A DNA stretch of 64,000 nt from Candidatus Harrisonbacteria bacterium (GCA_016214655.1 JACROC010000005.1:67078-131077), one strand, 5' to 3'. Positions 39,468 to 47,765 are shown, numbered from the stretch's first letter. A program made the numbers and translations. The notes: generated from the letters alone by a model not told the origin.

Positions 39468-39604
39468 CATATTCTTATTATAGCATATTAGTTATGTAAA
39501 AGTACAACCCAGTTGACAGAGTTGACAAGATTTTAAAGAATATAAGGGTGTTGTTGGGATAAAAACTTATAAAACTCCCGCGGAAGGGAAATTTATTATT
39601 CTAA

Positions 39605-40003
39605 TTAAAAATTTAAAAAGAAGATTGCTAACTGCAGTACCGTTGCAAATGCGCCCCAGAAAAGATACGGCAAAAGCAAAACAAAAATCAATTTTGAATA
39701 TTGCCAAATTCTGTATTCAAAAAATGCCAAAGTCCCTAAAATTATTAAAATATCGATTGATGCCGGCCAAAGCGGCCTTAACCCTAGCTGAATTGGGGTG
39801 AATAAAAGATTGGCAGCCAGATTAGCAAGAAAAATCCACAGTAAATTTTTCGGCGCTTCTTTCCTATAAACTAAATAAATCAAATATATTCCCGCGGCCG
39901 CGATCAGCGGATAGATAATCCCCCACGCCAGCCCAAACACCCGTTCCGGCGGAGAAAAAAATGGCTTTTGAATATTCTGATAGAATTCTTGATAAGTTCT
40001 CAC
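39605..40003 (-). CDS. tspO: TspO/MBR family protein
   Basis: Y..I.KP.F.PP..VFG.AW..IY, LLPYL.W..FA. Confidence 0.88.
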   Translation of the reverse strand: MRTYQEFYQNIQKPFFSPPERVFGLAWGIIYPLIAAAGIYLIYLVYRKEAPKNLLWIFLANLAANLLFTPIQLGLRPLWPASIDILIILGTLAFFEYRIWQYSKLIFVLLLPYLFWGAFATVLQLAIFFLNF

Positions 40004-40080
40004 ATTTTTATTCTACCATACTAAATTCCCGCGGAAGGCAAATTTAGAAACAAAAAACCGCCTAGTTAATCAGGCGGTTA

Positions 40081-40836
40081 TTATTTTTTAGACAAACTCC
40101 AGACAAGAGCAGTGGCATTATCTTCCAAGCCCCGATCCTCTGCCCACTTCATAACATCTTGAGCTGTTGAGCGCCGCATCGCGCATTCTTTGATTTCTTC
40201 AAGAAGCTTGCCGGTGTTGTGATGTCCCGGATCAAAAACTCCATCCGATGCGACCAACACCCACTCTGGATTATGAATCGTATAAATGTCCGGTTCACGC
40301 GAAAGGACTTTGCCGAGATAAGAATCGCCTAAAGCCCGGCTCATTTGCAAACCACGGACTAAAGCACTTAAGTCGGTCCAGATATATCCATCCGCATATA
40401 TTCCGCCGCGCTGTTCCGCCGCTTTCCGCTCTTTAAGATTGGAACGGACATTATGTTCCGGGCTTACATTAAGATTCCCCTCTTGATCCAATACCACTAC
40501 CGGAGAATCACCGAGAACCGCAACCGAAACCCCGGGAATACCATCCAACAGCAGCGCGGCTGAAAAAGTTGAACCCTCACTATAAGCTTCGGTTTGGCTG
40601 TTCAAATCGGCAACCAAGCAGCGCAGGGATTCTTCTGCCTGGCTTTCATCTGTGATCTGAAATAAATCTTTGATTTTTTCCGCGCAAAGTTCCGCAACCG
40701 CTTTCCCGACATGGCCATCCATCACCGCAAGCAGCCAACCTTTTAAATCAGGCTTATCAATCCGCAAGCGGACATATCTGTCTTCCTGATGACTCCTTGG
40801 GCCTTGCCTGATCTCAACACTAACAATGCCTTTCAT
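40081..40836 (-). CDS. PP2C-family Ser/Thr protein phosphatase
   Basis: R..QED, DGH.G, GDS, SRALGD, ASDGV.D, DNAT. Confidence 0.9.
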   Translation of the reverse strand: MKGIVSVEIRQGPRSHQEDRYVRLRIDKPDLKGWLLAVMDGHVGKAVAELCAEKIKDLFQITDESQAEESLRCLVADLNSQTEAYSEGSTFSAALLLDGIPGVSVAVLGDSPVVVLDQEGNLNVSPEHNVRSNLKERKAAEQRGGIYADGYIWTDLSALVRGLQMSRALGDSYLGKVLSREPDIYTIHNPEWVLVASDGVFDPGHHNTGKLLEEIKECAMRRSTAQDVMKWAEDRGLEDNATALVWSLSKK

Positions 40837-40980
40837 TATTCACCCCTCAATAATGCTGATAACAAAATAACTTATCGCGAATCACTCCGTCAATACTCAA
40901 AACTCCTCTGAAAATCAAATTTTATTTTTTTATTATTGCGCCACGACACCGCGGTGTAGTGACGGGCATGTGATATAATG

Positions 40981-41181
40981 CTAAACCAATCTATACTTTT
41001 CATTTCTATAAACTACCCTAACTTTTCTCGTATCTATCTCAATCCATTTTTGGTCCAGCTTATTTTTATAATCCTCTTTCTTTATATAACAATGACCCCA
41101 AATTTTAACTTGGTTTTTCTTATTTTTATCGAAATAAATTTCGGCTAATTTGTTATTTACAATCGCGAAACTCCAGGACAT
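40981..41181 (-). CDS. Small hypothetical protein (66 aa)
   Basis: Leaderless start 6-7 nt after TG-A-TAAAAT; basic and aromatic. Confidence 0.65.
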   Translation of the reverse strand: MSWSFAIVNNKLAEIYFDKNKKNQVKIWGHCYIKKEDYKNKLDQKWIEIDTRKVRVVYRNEKYRLV

Positions 41182-41263
41182 ATGTTTATTTTATCACAAA
41201 ACAGAGCCACGAGGCGCTGTTTTGATTTTTTACCTCCCGCGGAAGAGAAATTTTATATAAATT

Positions 41264-41566
41264 CTAAACTAAAGAAATTTTCAATTTCCCCTTGAGTGAA
41301 TTAGCGATTTTATTTAGTTTATCCGCTGTAACGTTCTGCTCTCCGCTTTCAATTCTAGCAATCTCGCTCTGAGTGGTTTGCATTTTTTTAGCTAATTCTT
41401 TTTGAGTTAAACCCCTTTTCTTTCTTGCGGAATAAATTTCGTAGCCAAGCGCAAGTCTGTGAAACCTCTCATCGGCTTTCGCCCGAGCTTTTTTAGTTGG
41501 ATATTGCTCTTTTAAAATATCTTCAAAAGAGCGGAATTTAATTTTTGTATTTTGGTTTTTTGTCAT
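41264..41566 (-). CDS. XRE-family HTH protein (HigA-like antitoxin type)
   Basis: RKKRGLTQKELAKKM.TTQS.IARIESG. Confidence 0.9.
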   Translation of the reverse strand: MTKNQNTKIKFRSFEDILKEQYPTKKARAKADERFHRLALGYEIYSARKKRGLTQKELAKKMQTTQSEIARIESGEQNVTADKLNKIANSLKGKLKISLV

Positions 41567-41584
41567 TATTTTATTTAAATAAAA

Positions 41585-41600
41585 ATAGCATATATGCTAT
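41585..41600. promoter_or_regulatory. Perfect 16-bp palindromic operator in the XRE gene promoter
   Basis: ATAGCATATATGCTAT next to minus-strand TTGACA (41604-41609). Confidence 0.65.
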
Positions 41601-41680
41601 ATTTGTCAATGGTGGTTTGTGAATAACTACCCCACTACACCGCGGTGTAGTGACGTGGTAAGTAAAATTAAAGTAAAAAT

Positions 41681-42073
41681 TTATAATTTTACTTCTTTGA
41701 TTTCAATCTGCGATCTACCTTTTCCTTCCTCTTTTGGCTTTTGAAAATTTATAAGTAAACCAATTTTTATTTTGAGAATTCTCATATAATTTTTGATTTG
41801 TTGCTCCTCAGACGCCCCAAGCTCACTACCAACCGCTTTCAACTCCAGAACTACCCTATCCTTCCCGAAACTTACAATTATATCCGGATATCCTTCGCCG
41901 ACATAATGATCTTTGTATTTAAGCTCAACTACTTTTTGATTTTCATATCTGATTTTCGCCAACCTTAAACCAACCTGCATGGCTTTATCATATACATCTT
42001 CCGAAAAACCGGAGCCTAAGGAGCGGTAAACATCCCTGGCGATTTTTTTGATTTTATTCAATTTGTTTTGCAT
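41681..42073 (-). CDS. GxxExxY protein (PD-(D/E)XK-like)
   Basis: LGSGFSEDVY, PDIIV, ELKAV, Q..NY, GLLINF. Confidence 0.9.
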   Translation of the reverse strand: MQNKLNKIKKIARDVYRSLGSGFSEDVYDKAMQVGLRLAKIRYENQKVVELKYKDHYVGEGYPDIIVSFGKDRVVLELKAVGSELGASEEQQIKNYMRILKIKIGLLINFQKPKEEGKGRSQIEIKEVKL

Positions 42074-42077
42074 AAGT

Positions 42078-42929
42078 TTATTTTCTCTTATTTTCATCTA
42101 AAGTCTTCCCATTTTTATCTTCCCACTGAGTCCATCCATTTACAGATCTTCCCATGATAACATCTCCAGCAGCGCTCGGACTTCTAAAAATGTGGTCCTT
42201 TGTAAAAATAAAAGATTTGTCATTTTCTTTTTTTAAAACACCGTCATTCTGAAGTTTTTGACGAAGATTTCGGCTGCTCATAGGAAGTCCTCTCCTCTCA
42301 GCTATGCGAACCAATGAACCTTTATAAACCACAAATTCTCCATTCTCAAGTAATAAGCCAGAGCCCCTTGCATCTTTATTTTTTTTATCCTCACAAAAAT
42401 ATTTTTCTTCTGTATCTTTTTTAAGATCGTGAATATCTTGAAATAAAGTAAATCCTAAAAAATTTAAAATAAATTGAATTTTACTAAAAAGTTCATCATT
42501 AACAATCCTTTTGTGTTCTGAAAGCCTGGCTTCTTCTGGTTCTGGTTTTGTTTTATTTTCAATATCATAACGATCTACATGCTTTGCTAATTTTATAGAC
42601 TTACTTTCAAGATATTTTATATCGGCGCTATCTAAATTTTTATTAGTAATTATAACCCCAGTCTCCCAAAATTCTTTTTCTGCGTCATGATTACTAAGTC
42701 TTTGATAAAATTTTTCTGATTGTCCAATATAAACAATCTGTCTTGAAGGATCTTCTCCGGCGCCAAAAAGGAAATAAACTCCTGCCTGATTAACTTCTGA
42801 TCGCTTTCCAAGATCTTTTAATTTATTCCGCGGAACCACAAATACCTCACTATTAAAATTAGCGAGATCAATTATTTTAATTCCGTTTGGATTATCATCA
42901 GGAAGTAATATTGTTATAACTTGCGCCAT
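42078..42929 (-). CDS. GIY-YIG nuclease with C-terminal DUF4357-like domain
   Basis: GVYFL..VYIGQSE..RL..H; C-term F.V.KGS, F.SPSAA..I.GRS.NGW..W. Confidence 0.88.
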   Translation of the reverse strand: MAQVITILLPDDNPNGIKIIDLANFNSEVFVVPRNKLKDLGKRSEVNQAGVYFLFGAGEDPSRQIVYIGQSEKFYQRLSNHDAEKEFWETGVIITNKNLDSADIKYLESKSIKLAKHVDRYDIENKTKPEPEEARLSEHKRIVNDELFSKIQFILNFLGFTLFQDIHDLKKDTEEKYFCEDKKNKDARGSGLLLENGEFVVYKGSLVRIAERRGLPMSSRNLRQKLQNDGVLKKENDKSFIFTKDHIFRSPSAAGDVIMGRSVNGWTQWEDKNGKTLDENKRK

Positions 42930-43078
42930 ATATTTATTTTATCACAAAACAGCGCCACAAGGCGCTGTTTTAATTTTTTGACTCCCGCGGAAGGGAATTT
43001 TTATTTAACTTCTTAATAAACAACCTGCTTAAGCAGACACCCTCGCAAAAAGAAATAAAGTAATTACTTACCTTTAAT

Positions 43079-43306
43079 CTAATGATCCCAAACCCTTATC
43101 GCTATAAGAAAAACCTTAACCGAGAAGAATGCCACAAGATGCATCGCGTAAAACCATATTTCATCAAACATCTGTATTCCCCATATCTTATATGAAATCC
43201 AGAATACCAAAGAATGAAAAACTAAATAAGTTAAACTCCCAATGAATCGATTAGAGTTTGGAGATAAACCATTTGAAGATCTATAATGATGCTGGAATTT
43301 TATCAT
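43079..43306 (-). CDS. Small hypothetical membrane protein
   Basis: 75 aa with two hydrophobic segments. Confidence 0.5.
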   Translation of the reverse strand: MIKFQHHYRSSNGLSPNSNRFIGSLTYLVFHSLVFWISYKIWGIQMFDEIWFYAMHLVAFFSVKVFLIAIRVWDH

Positions 43307-43318
43307 TTACATACTATC

Positions 43319-43678
43319 TTATTTAATTAAACTGGCTTCAAGTAATTTACCCGTAACAGAATTTATTCTTTCGTAAATCACAAAAACTTTACTTTTAGCC
43401 ATTCCAATATTTTCTATCTTTTTATCAAAATGAACGATATCGTTTCTGTATTCTTGTATGAAATTTCGCAAATAAGTAATATCAATTTTTATACTCTCCC
43501 CTAGTTTCTTTTCAAAAATTGGTGCTAAAAAATTTCCATTGCCACAAGCAGGCTCAAGAAAGCGAGATTCGATTCTCTCTGTCTCATTTTTAACCAAATC
43601 TAACATTGCATCCACCTCTCGTTCCCGGGTGAATACTTCGCCATGATCCTTAACTCTTTGTTTAGACTTTATTTGCAT
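43319..43678 (-). pseudogene. Truncated/chimeric N6-adenine DNA methyltransferase
   Basis: KSKQRV.DHGEVFT and motif I FLEPACGNGNFL, then unrelated sequence; no NPPY motif. Confidence 0.7.
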
Positions 43679-43684
43679 AATATT

Positions 43685-43790
43685 TTATTTAAAAAATCTC
43701 GCTGTCGGCACGCCGAGGGCTTTAGTGATTCTTTTGACGGTATAAAAAGTCGAGTTCGGTGTTGCCCTAGCTTCAATTTTAGCGTCAATA
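43685..43790 (-). pseudogene. C-terminal remnant of an XRE/controller-type HTH gene
   Basis: Frame reads AKIEARATPNSTFYTVKRITKALGVPTARFFK* just upstream of the MTase fragment; N-terminus missing. Confidence 0.55.
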
Positions 43791-43923
43791 AATACATCTT
43801 AAAGTGCTTATAAAATTTTTGTTCCTTGGGTATAATTTATACATAAATTATACATCAAATTAATTCTTAATAAGAATCAACAAAAGTTAATAACAGGGTT
43901 CACCTAGCTAGGCGAATCTTGAA

Positions 43924-44104
43924 AAAACTAAACCTATCTGTCGTACGGCAACTACGGAAGCGCCAAAAGCTAGGAACCGCAGCCCCGACGATATGTCGGG
44001 GCTTTTTGCGATAGCAAAACCAGGTTTTTGGCGCTGAGACGTAGGAGCCGTCCCGCGCTGGACGGGACGGACTCCGGTGCCGGTAGACAAATAGGTTTAG
44101 TTTT
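43924..44104 (+). ncRNA. Structured element copy 1 (unknown ncRNA or structured repeat)
   Basis: Nested stems; homologous to 60446-60594 with covariation. Confidence 0.65.
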
Positions 44105-44162
44105 AAAGAGGTTTAAAAATCAAAAAGAGGCCTTATGGCCTCAAATTATCTTAGCTCGGCTA

Positions 44163-44459
44163 TTAAGCCGTCTTAAATTCAGGATATAACTGCACATCAT
44201 TTTCTAGATTCCGGATTCTCTTTATTAAACTCTTGTGCACGTATATTTCTGGAGTTCTAGGCGCGGGAGACTTAAATAAAAATATATCATTGCTTATGCT
44301 GCAGTTAATCCAGACTTCAAAATCTGGGCGGAGCACAATCAGATTATTTTTTAAATCCCAGCTATCCAGGTCCCCAAGGTCAAATACCGCTCCCCCGGGA
44401 GATACGCCGTGCGGAGTCATGTGCAACTGCTCGGTAAATACAACCTCCAACATGTCCAA
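44163..44459 (-). CDS. Hypothetical protein
   Basis: 98-aa ORF followed by hairpin. Confidence 0.5.
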   Translation of the reverse strand: MDMLEVVFTEQLHMTPHGVSPGGAVFDLGDLDSWDLKNNLIVLRPDFEVWINCSISNDIFLFKSPAPRTPEIYVHKSLIKRIRNLENDVQLYPEFKTA

Positions 44460-44538
44460 TCCCTTTATAAAAAGTTCTGAAAAGAGTATATCAATAAGTT
44501 TTTACAAGGTCAAAGATGAGATACTATATTGCCGTCAA

Positions 44539-45420
44539 CTAAATACCGATTTTCCAAATATTCTTTTCTAAAAAAGCCTCAATGGTCTGCCGACTGGCCT
44601 TATTGATAAGATTTGAATGAGAGAGTTTATTATTCTTCGCGTATTCGGTTAAGGTAATAATTTTTTTACCCTCTAAATATGCCAACCGTTTATAATAACT
44701 ATTCGTAAGCGCCCTGCCTACTATCTCCTCCATAATGGCAGTTTTGCCTTTTTCATCAAATTCTTTAAACGCTTCGTAATATTTAACCCTATCAATAAAT
44801 TTTATATTTATCGGAACAAAACCTTCCCGGATCAATAAATAGTTATTTATAACTCTTCCAATGCGGCCATTGCCATCAATAAACGGATGGGTATGCTCAA
44901 ATGTAAGATGCAATAACGCAATGCGTTTTATAATATTTTCATGGCTGCTTGCGTTATATTCTGCAAGCATTTTTTCTAATCGTTCTATTATTTCTTTTGG
45001 CGCCGGAGCGATGTGGCTACCGACACGAACACGCTCGTCACCTTTTCTAAATCTTCCGGCTATATCGTCACGGATGTTAGAAATAAGCATTTTGTGAAGT
45101 GACAACATGACGTCCAACGTCAATTCTTGTTCTTTAGCTCTTTTATCTATGTACGACACCACTCGCGCAAGATTTTTTGCTTCAAAAATCTCGCGTTCAC
45201 TGATAAATCGGTCCAAGTCAATCTGGAGAAGTATCTTTTCCGTCTCCTCAAGCGTGAGAGTACTATTCTCAATGGCGTTTGAGTTATATACCTGTTCAGC
45301 GACCTCAGCCTCAGAGACAAGTTTAATAAGCGCATTTTTACCAACAGATGCTTTGTAGTATCTCTCGCGAAGAGAATGTATCTTATTAAATACGCCAGAT
45401 ATTTTTGTCATATATAACAA
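44539..45420 (-). CDS. Fic-domain protein with inhibitory helix and C-terminal HTH-like tail
   Basis: HPFIDGNGRIGR; SNAIEN inhibitory motif; true start probably a few codons downstream (MTKISG). Confidence 0.93.
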   Translation of the reverse strand: MLYMTKISGVFNKIHSLRERYYKASVGKNALIKLVSEAEVAEQVYNSNAIENSTLTLEETEKILLQIDLDRFISEREIFEAKNLARVVSYIDKRAKEQELTLDVMLSLHKMLISNIRDDIAGRFRKGDERVRVGSHIAPAPKEIIERLEKMLAEYNASSHENIIKRIALLHLTFEHTHPFIDGNGRIGRVINNYLLIREGFVPINIKFIDRVKYYEAFKEFDEKGKTAIMEEIVGRALTNSYYKRLAYLEGKKIITLTEYAKNNKLSHSNLINKASRQTIEAFLEKNIWKIGI

Positions 45421-45430
45421 TTATAGCCAC

Positions 45431-45460
45431 TTTCACGGTTTTGTCAATATAACCGTGAAA
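45431..45460. promoter_or_regulatory. Inverted-repeat operator straddling the -35 of the Fic promoter
   Basis: TTTCACGGTT-N10-AACCGTGAAA; minus-strand TTGACA in the spacer; extra half-site CACGGTTTT near 45484. Confidence 0.7.
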
Positions 45461-45528
45461 ATACCTGTTTTTTCCTATATTTACACGGTTTTGGATCGTT
45501 CTATATTCAATTGTCAAGTAATTGACAA

Positions 45529-46125
45529 CTAACGTACAGAATATTTTTTTCGATTCCAAAAACAATGTTCCATATGGTCATTCACCATCCCGGTTGCCTG
45601 CATATGGGCGTACAAAGTCGTTGGACCGAGAAATTTGAAGCCACGGTTCTTCAGATCTTTTGACCACGTAATAGCCTCATCGCTCACCGCCTTATAGTCG
45701 CTCATTTTCGCCACCTTATTGATAATCGGACGATTATCTACAAACCCCCACATATATTTTGAGAAGGTGCCAAATTCTTTTTTAACTTCCAAAAACCGGG
45801 CGGCGTTGTTGATGGCCGCTTCTATCTTTAATCGGTTCCGCACAATTCCGGCATCCTGCATCAGGCGGTTAAAATCTTTTTTAGTAAACCTGGCTACCCG
45901 CACCGGATCAAAACCCGCAAAAGCCTTCCGGAAGTTTTTCCTTTTATTAAGAATCGTCCTCCAGCTCAAACCGGCCTGGAAACTCTCCAGGCACAAAAAT
46001 TCAAATATCTTTTTATCATCATGAAGCGGAACGCCCCATTCCTTATCGTGATATTCTTTCATTAAGAAATCCTGCTCCAATACCCACTTGCACCGCCCTA
46101 GTGTTTTATTTATTGTCCGTACCAT
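45529..46125 (-). CDS. tag: DNA-3-methyladenine glycosylase I
   Basis: RC.W, YHDKEWG, QAGLSW, IVRNRLKI, GMVNDH..C. Confidence 0.96.
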   Translation of the reverse strand: MVRTINKTLGRCKWVLEQDFLMKEYHDKEWGVPLHDDKKIFEFLCLESFQAGLSWRTILNKRKNFRKAFAGFDPVRVARFTKKDFNRLMQDAGIVRNRLKIEAAINNAARFLEVKKEFGTFSKYMWGFVDNRPIINKVAKMSDYKAVSDEAITWSKDLKNRGFKFLGPTTLYAHMQATGMVNDHMEHCFWNRKKYSVR

Positions 46126-46178
46126 AACCCCAATGATAACAAAATAATTTTCAATAAAAAAACGGCGCTTTGGCCGTT

Positions 46179-46907
46179 CTATTCTTGGACTATCTTAATA
46201 TCTATAGAACACCGGAAAACTGCGGAAAATAGAGTAAACATAGAATAAATCCAAAATACTGATAAAACAGTGTCATTGATAAAATACGCGCCGACATCAA
46301 AAAATATTCTTCCGCCGTCCAAAAATCCCGCCGGCATCAAATTAAGAACAAAAAGCATCAGGTTAAAATGCAGGAAATATTTTACCGCATCATTCACGGC
46401 TACCGGACCGACCCTTAAAGGAAGTTTTACATGACTGCTGAAAGTGAAAAAATGCGTAAAGAATAAGGCGGCTGACAACAATAATTGCAGCGGAAGCTCT
46501 GCGGCATTGCACGAAAAATCCTTCCAGGAAAGTTTTCCGTTCCAAACTGCCAGAAGTTGGAGAAGTAAAACAGTAAATATGACACCCAGCGCGTTATTCC
46601 GAACACCAGCCAAGCTGATCATGCATCGGTCTAAAACAGGCATAGCTTTTTCCTTCAGATTTCCCGCTTTAGTCGGACGGACATAAGCCATAATCGGGAT
46701 TAAGCGGACATTCAGATTCCAACCGCCCATATCATGGGAATAAAGTATAGGCCCGAGACCAAGTGAAAATTCTTCCACCGGTATGTTTCTTTTTTGACAT
46801 TCGCGAAAATGGCCGAATTCATGCAAAGCAAAACAGGCTTCCAATACCGCTAAAACTAAGAAAATTCGAAGTATCCACTTCGGGCCGCGCAGAGGATCGG
46901 CAGACAT
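46179..46907 (-). CDS. M50 site-2 protease (RseP-like, no PDZ)
   Basis: HEFGH, EEFSLGLGP, AGV..N, NLMP..FLDGG. Confidence 0.85.
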   Translation of the reverse strand: MSADPLRGPKWILRIFLVLAVLEACFALHEFGHFRECQKRNIPVEEFSLGLGPILYSHDMGGWNLNVRLIPIMAYVRPTKAGNLKEKAMPVLDRCMISLAGVRNNALGVIFTVLLLQLLAVWNGKLSWKDFSCNAAELPLQLLLSAALFFTHFFTFSSHVKLPLRVGPVAVNDAVKYFLHFNLMLFVLNLMPAGFLDGGRIFFDVGAYFINDTVLSVFWIYSMFTLFSAVFRCSIDIKIVQE

Positions 46908-46988
46908 TCTTATTCCGCTTTCAAAGATACTGACCCCAGATTACATGAAAATAATCAAGCGCGCAACAAAAATCCGCCGATTGGCGGA

Positions 46989-47312
46989 CTACTGGGTCAA
47001 GAATTTTTTCAGAAACTCTTCAGTGGACGGGATACCTCGGGCAACATCAACCTGCCGGCCGTTCTTGAATAAAATCAAAGTCGGAATAGAACGGACATTG
47101 TATTCCAGCGGAGTCATCGCATTCTGGTCGATATTCAATTTTACAAATTTTACCTTGCCAGCAAACTTTTTCGCGTACTCTTCAAACATCGGCGCCAACG
47201 CTTGGCACGGCGCGCACCATGGAGCCCAGAAATCCACTACTACCGGCTTATCGGAACGCAAAACCACTTCCTCAAAATTCGCGTCAGTAACTTCCTCTAC
47301 GTATTCGTTCAT
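46989..47312 (-). CDS. trxA: Thioredoxin
   Basis: DFWAPWCAPC, SIPTL. Confidence 0.93.
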   Translation of the reverse strand: MNEYVEEVTDANFEEVVLRSDKPVVVDFWAPWCAPCQALAPMFEEYAKKFAGKVKFVKLNIDQNAMTPLEYNVRSIPTLILFKNGRQVDVARGIPSTEEFLKKFLTQ

Positions 47313-47438
47313 ACTAGCTTCCTATTTATTTTATCAAAACTAAGCTGAATATATAATAGTCCAGAAAATTTAAAATTGCAAGCGGGAAAATAAAAATTCC
47401 CTGTTAATCCTGGGAATTTTTATTAGGTATAGATTGTT

Positions 47439-47765
47439 TTACCAATCTCTCTGCCGGCGCTCACCGCCGCCAAAGCCACCTCGGCCACCGCGGCCTCCTC
47501 CGCCTTCGCGTCGCGGTTCCATCGGACGAGCTTCATTAACAGTCAACGGACGACCATCGTGCTCTTTACCATTGAACATTTCAATAGCTTTCTGAGCTTC
47601 TTCATCCGAAGCCATTTCTACGAAGCCAAATCCCTTGGATCGGCCAGACATTTTGTCCATGATAACGGTAGCTGTCTCAACGGTTCCAGCCTGAGAAAAA
47701 AGATCTCTCAAGTTATCACCGGTAGTGCCCCAGGACAAATTGCCTACATATAATTTCTTTGCCAT
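47439..47765 (-). CDS. RRM RNA-binding protein with Gly-rich tail
   Basis: KLYVGNL, RSKGFGFVEM, L.VNEARP. Confidence 0.95.
   Translation of the reverse strand: MAKKLYVGNLSWGTTGDNLRDLFSQAGTVETATVIMDKMSGRSKGFGFVEMASDEEAQKAIEMFNGKEHDGRPLTVNEARPMEPRREGGGGRGGRGGFGGGERRQRDW

Larger units (their letters stand above)
39575..43001. repeat. Six CCGCGG-centred palindromic sites, one per intergenic gap
   Basis: Type A (C/T)TCCCGCGGAAGnnAA(A/T)TTT at 39575, 40026, 41234, 42982; type B CAC(T/G)ACACCGCGGTGTAGTG at 40942, 41633. Confidence 0.85.

Noticed and set aside
39575-43001. CRISPR array or integron attC interpretation of the CCGCGG sites
   Set aside because: Spacing is about 290-1350 bp with whole genes between; no cas genes; no RYYYAAC..GTTRRRY ends and no integron integrase in the window
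43946-44083. SAM-I riboswitch (GGCAAC..GGTGCC resembles P3)
   Set aside because: No ATC..GAG / GAT P1-P2 core and no methionine-related gene downstream of either copy
43908-44090. 60-aa minus-strand ORF
   Set aside because: Lies wholly over the structured element and is not obviously preserved in copy 2
38515-45420. Prophage (repressor-like LexA, XRE, Fic, nucleases)
   Set aside because: No integrase, terminase, capsid, tail or replication genes; LexA is linked to rarA as in an SOS context
45511-45528. TTGTCAA-GTAA-TTGACAA palindrome
   Set aside because: Single occurrence right after the tag stop; cannot distinguish a weak terminator from back-to-back -35 boxes
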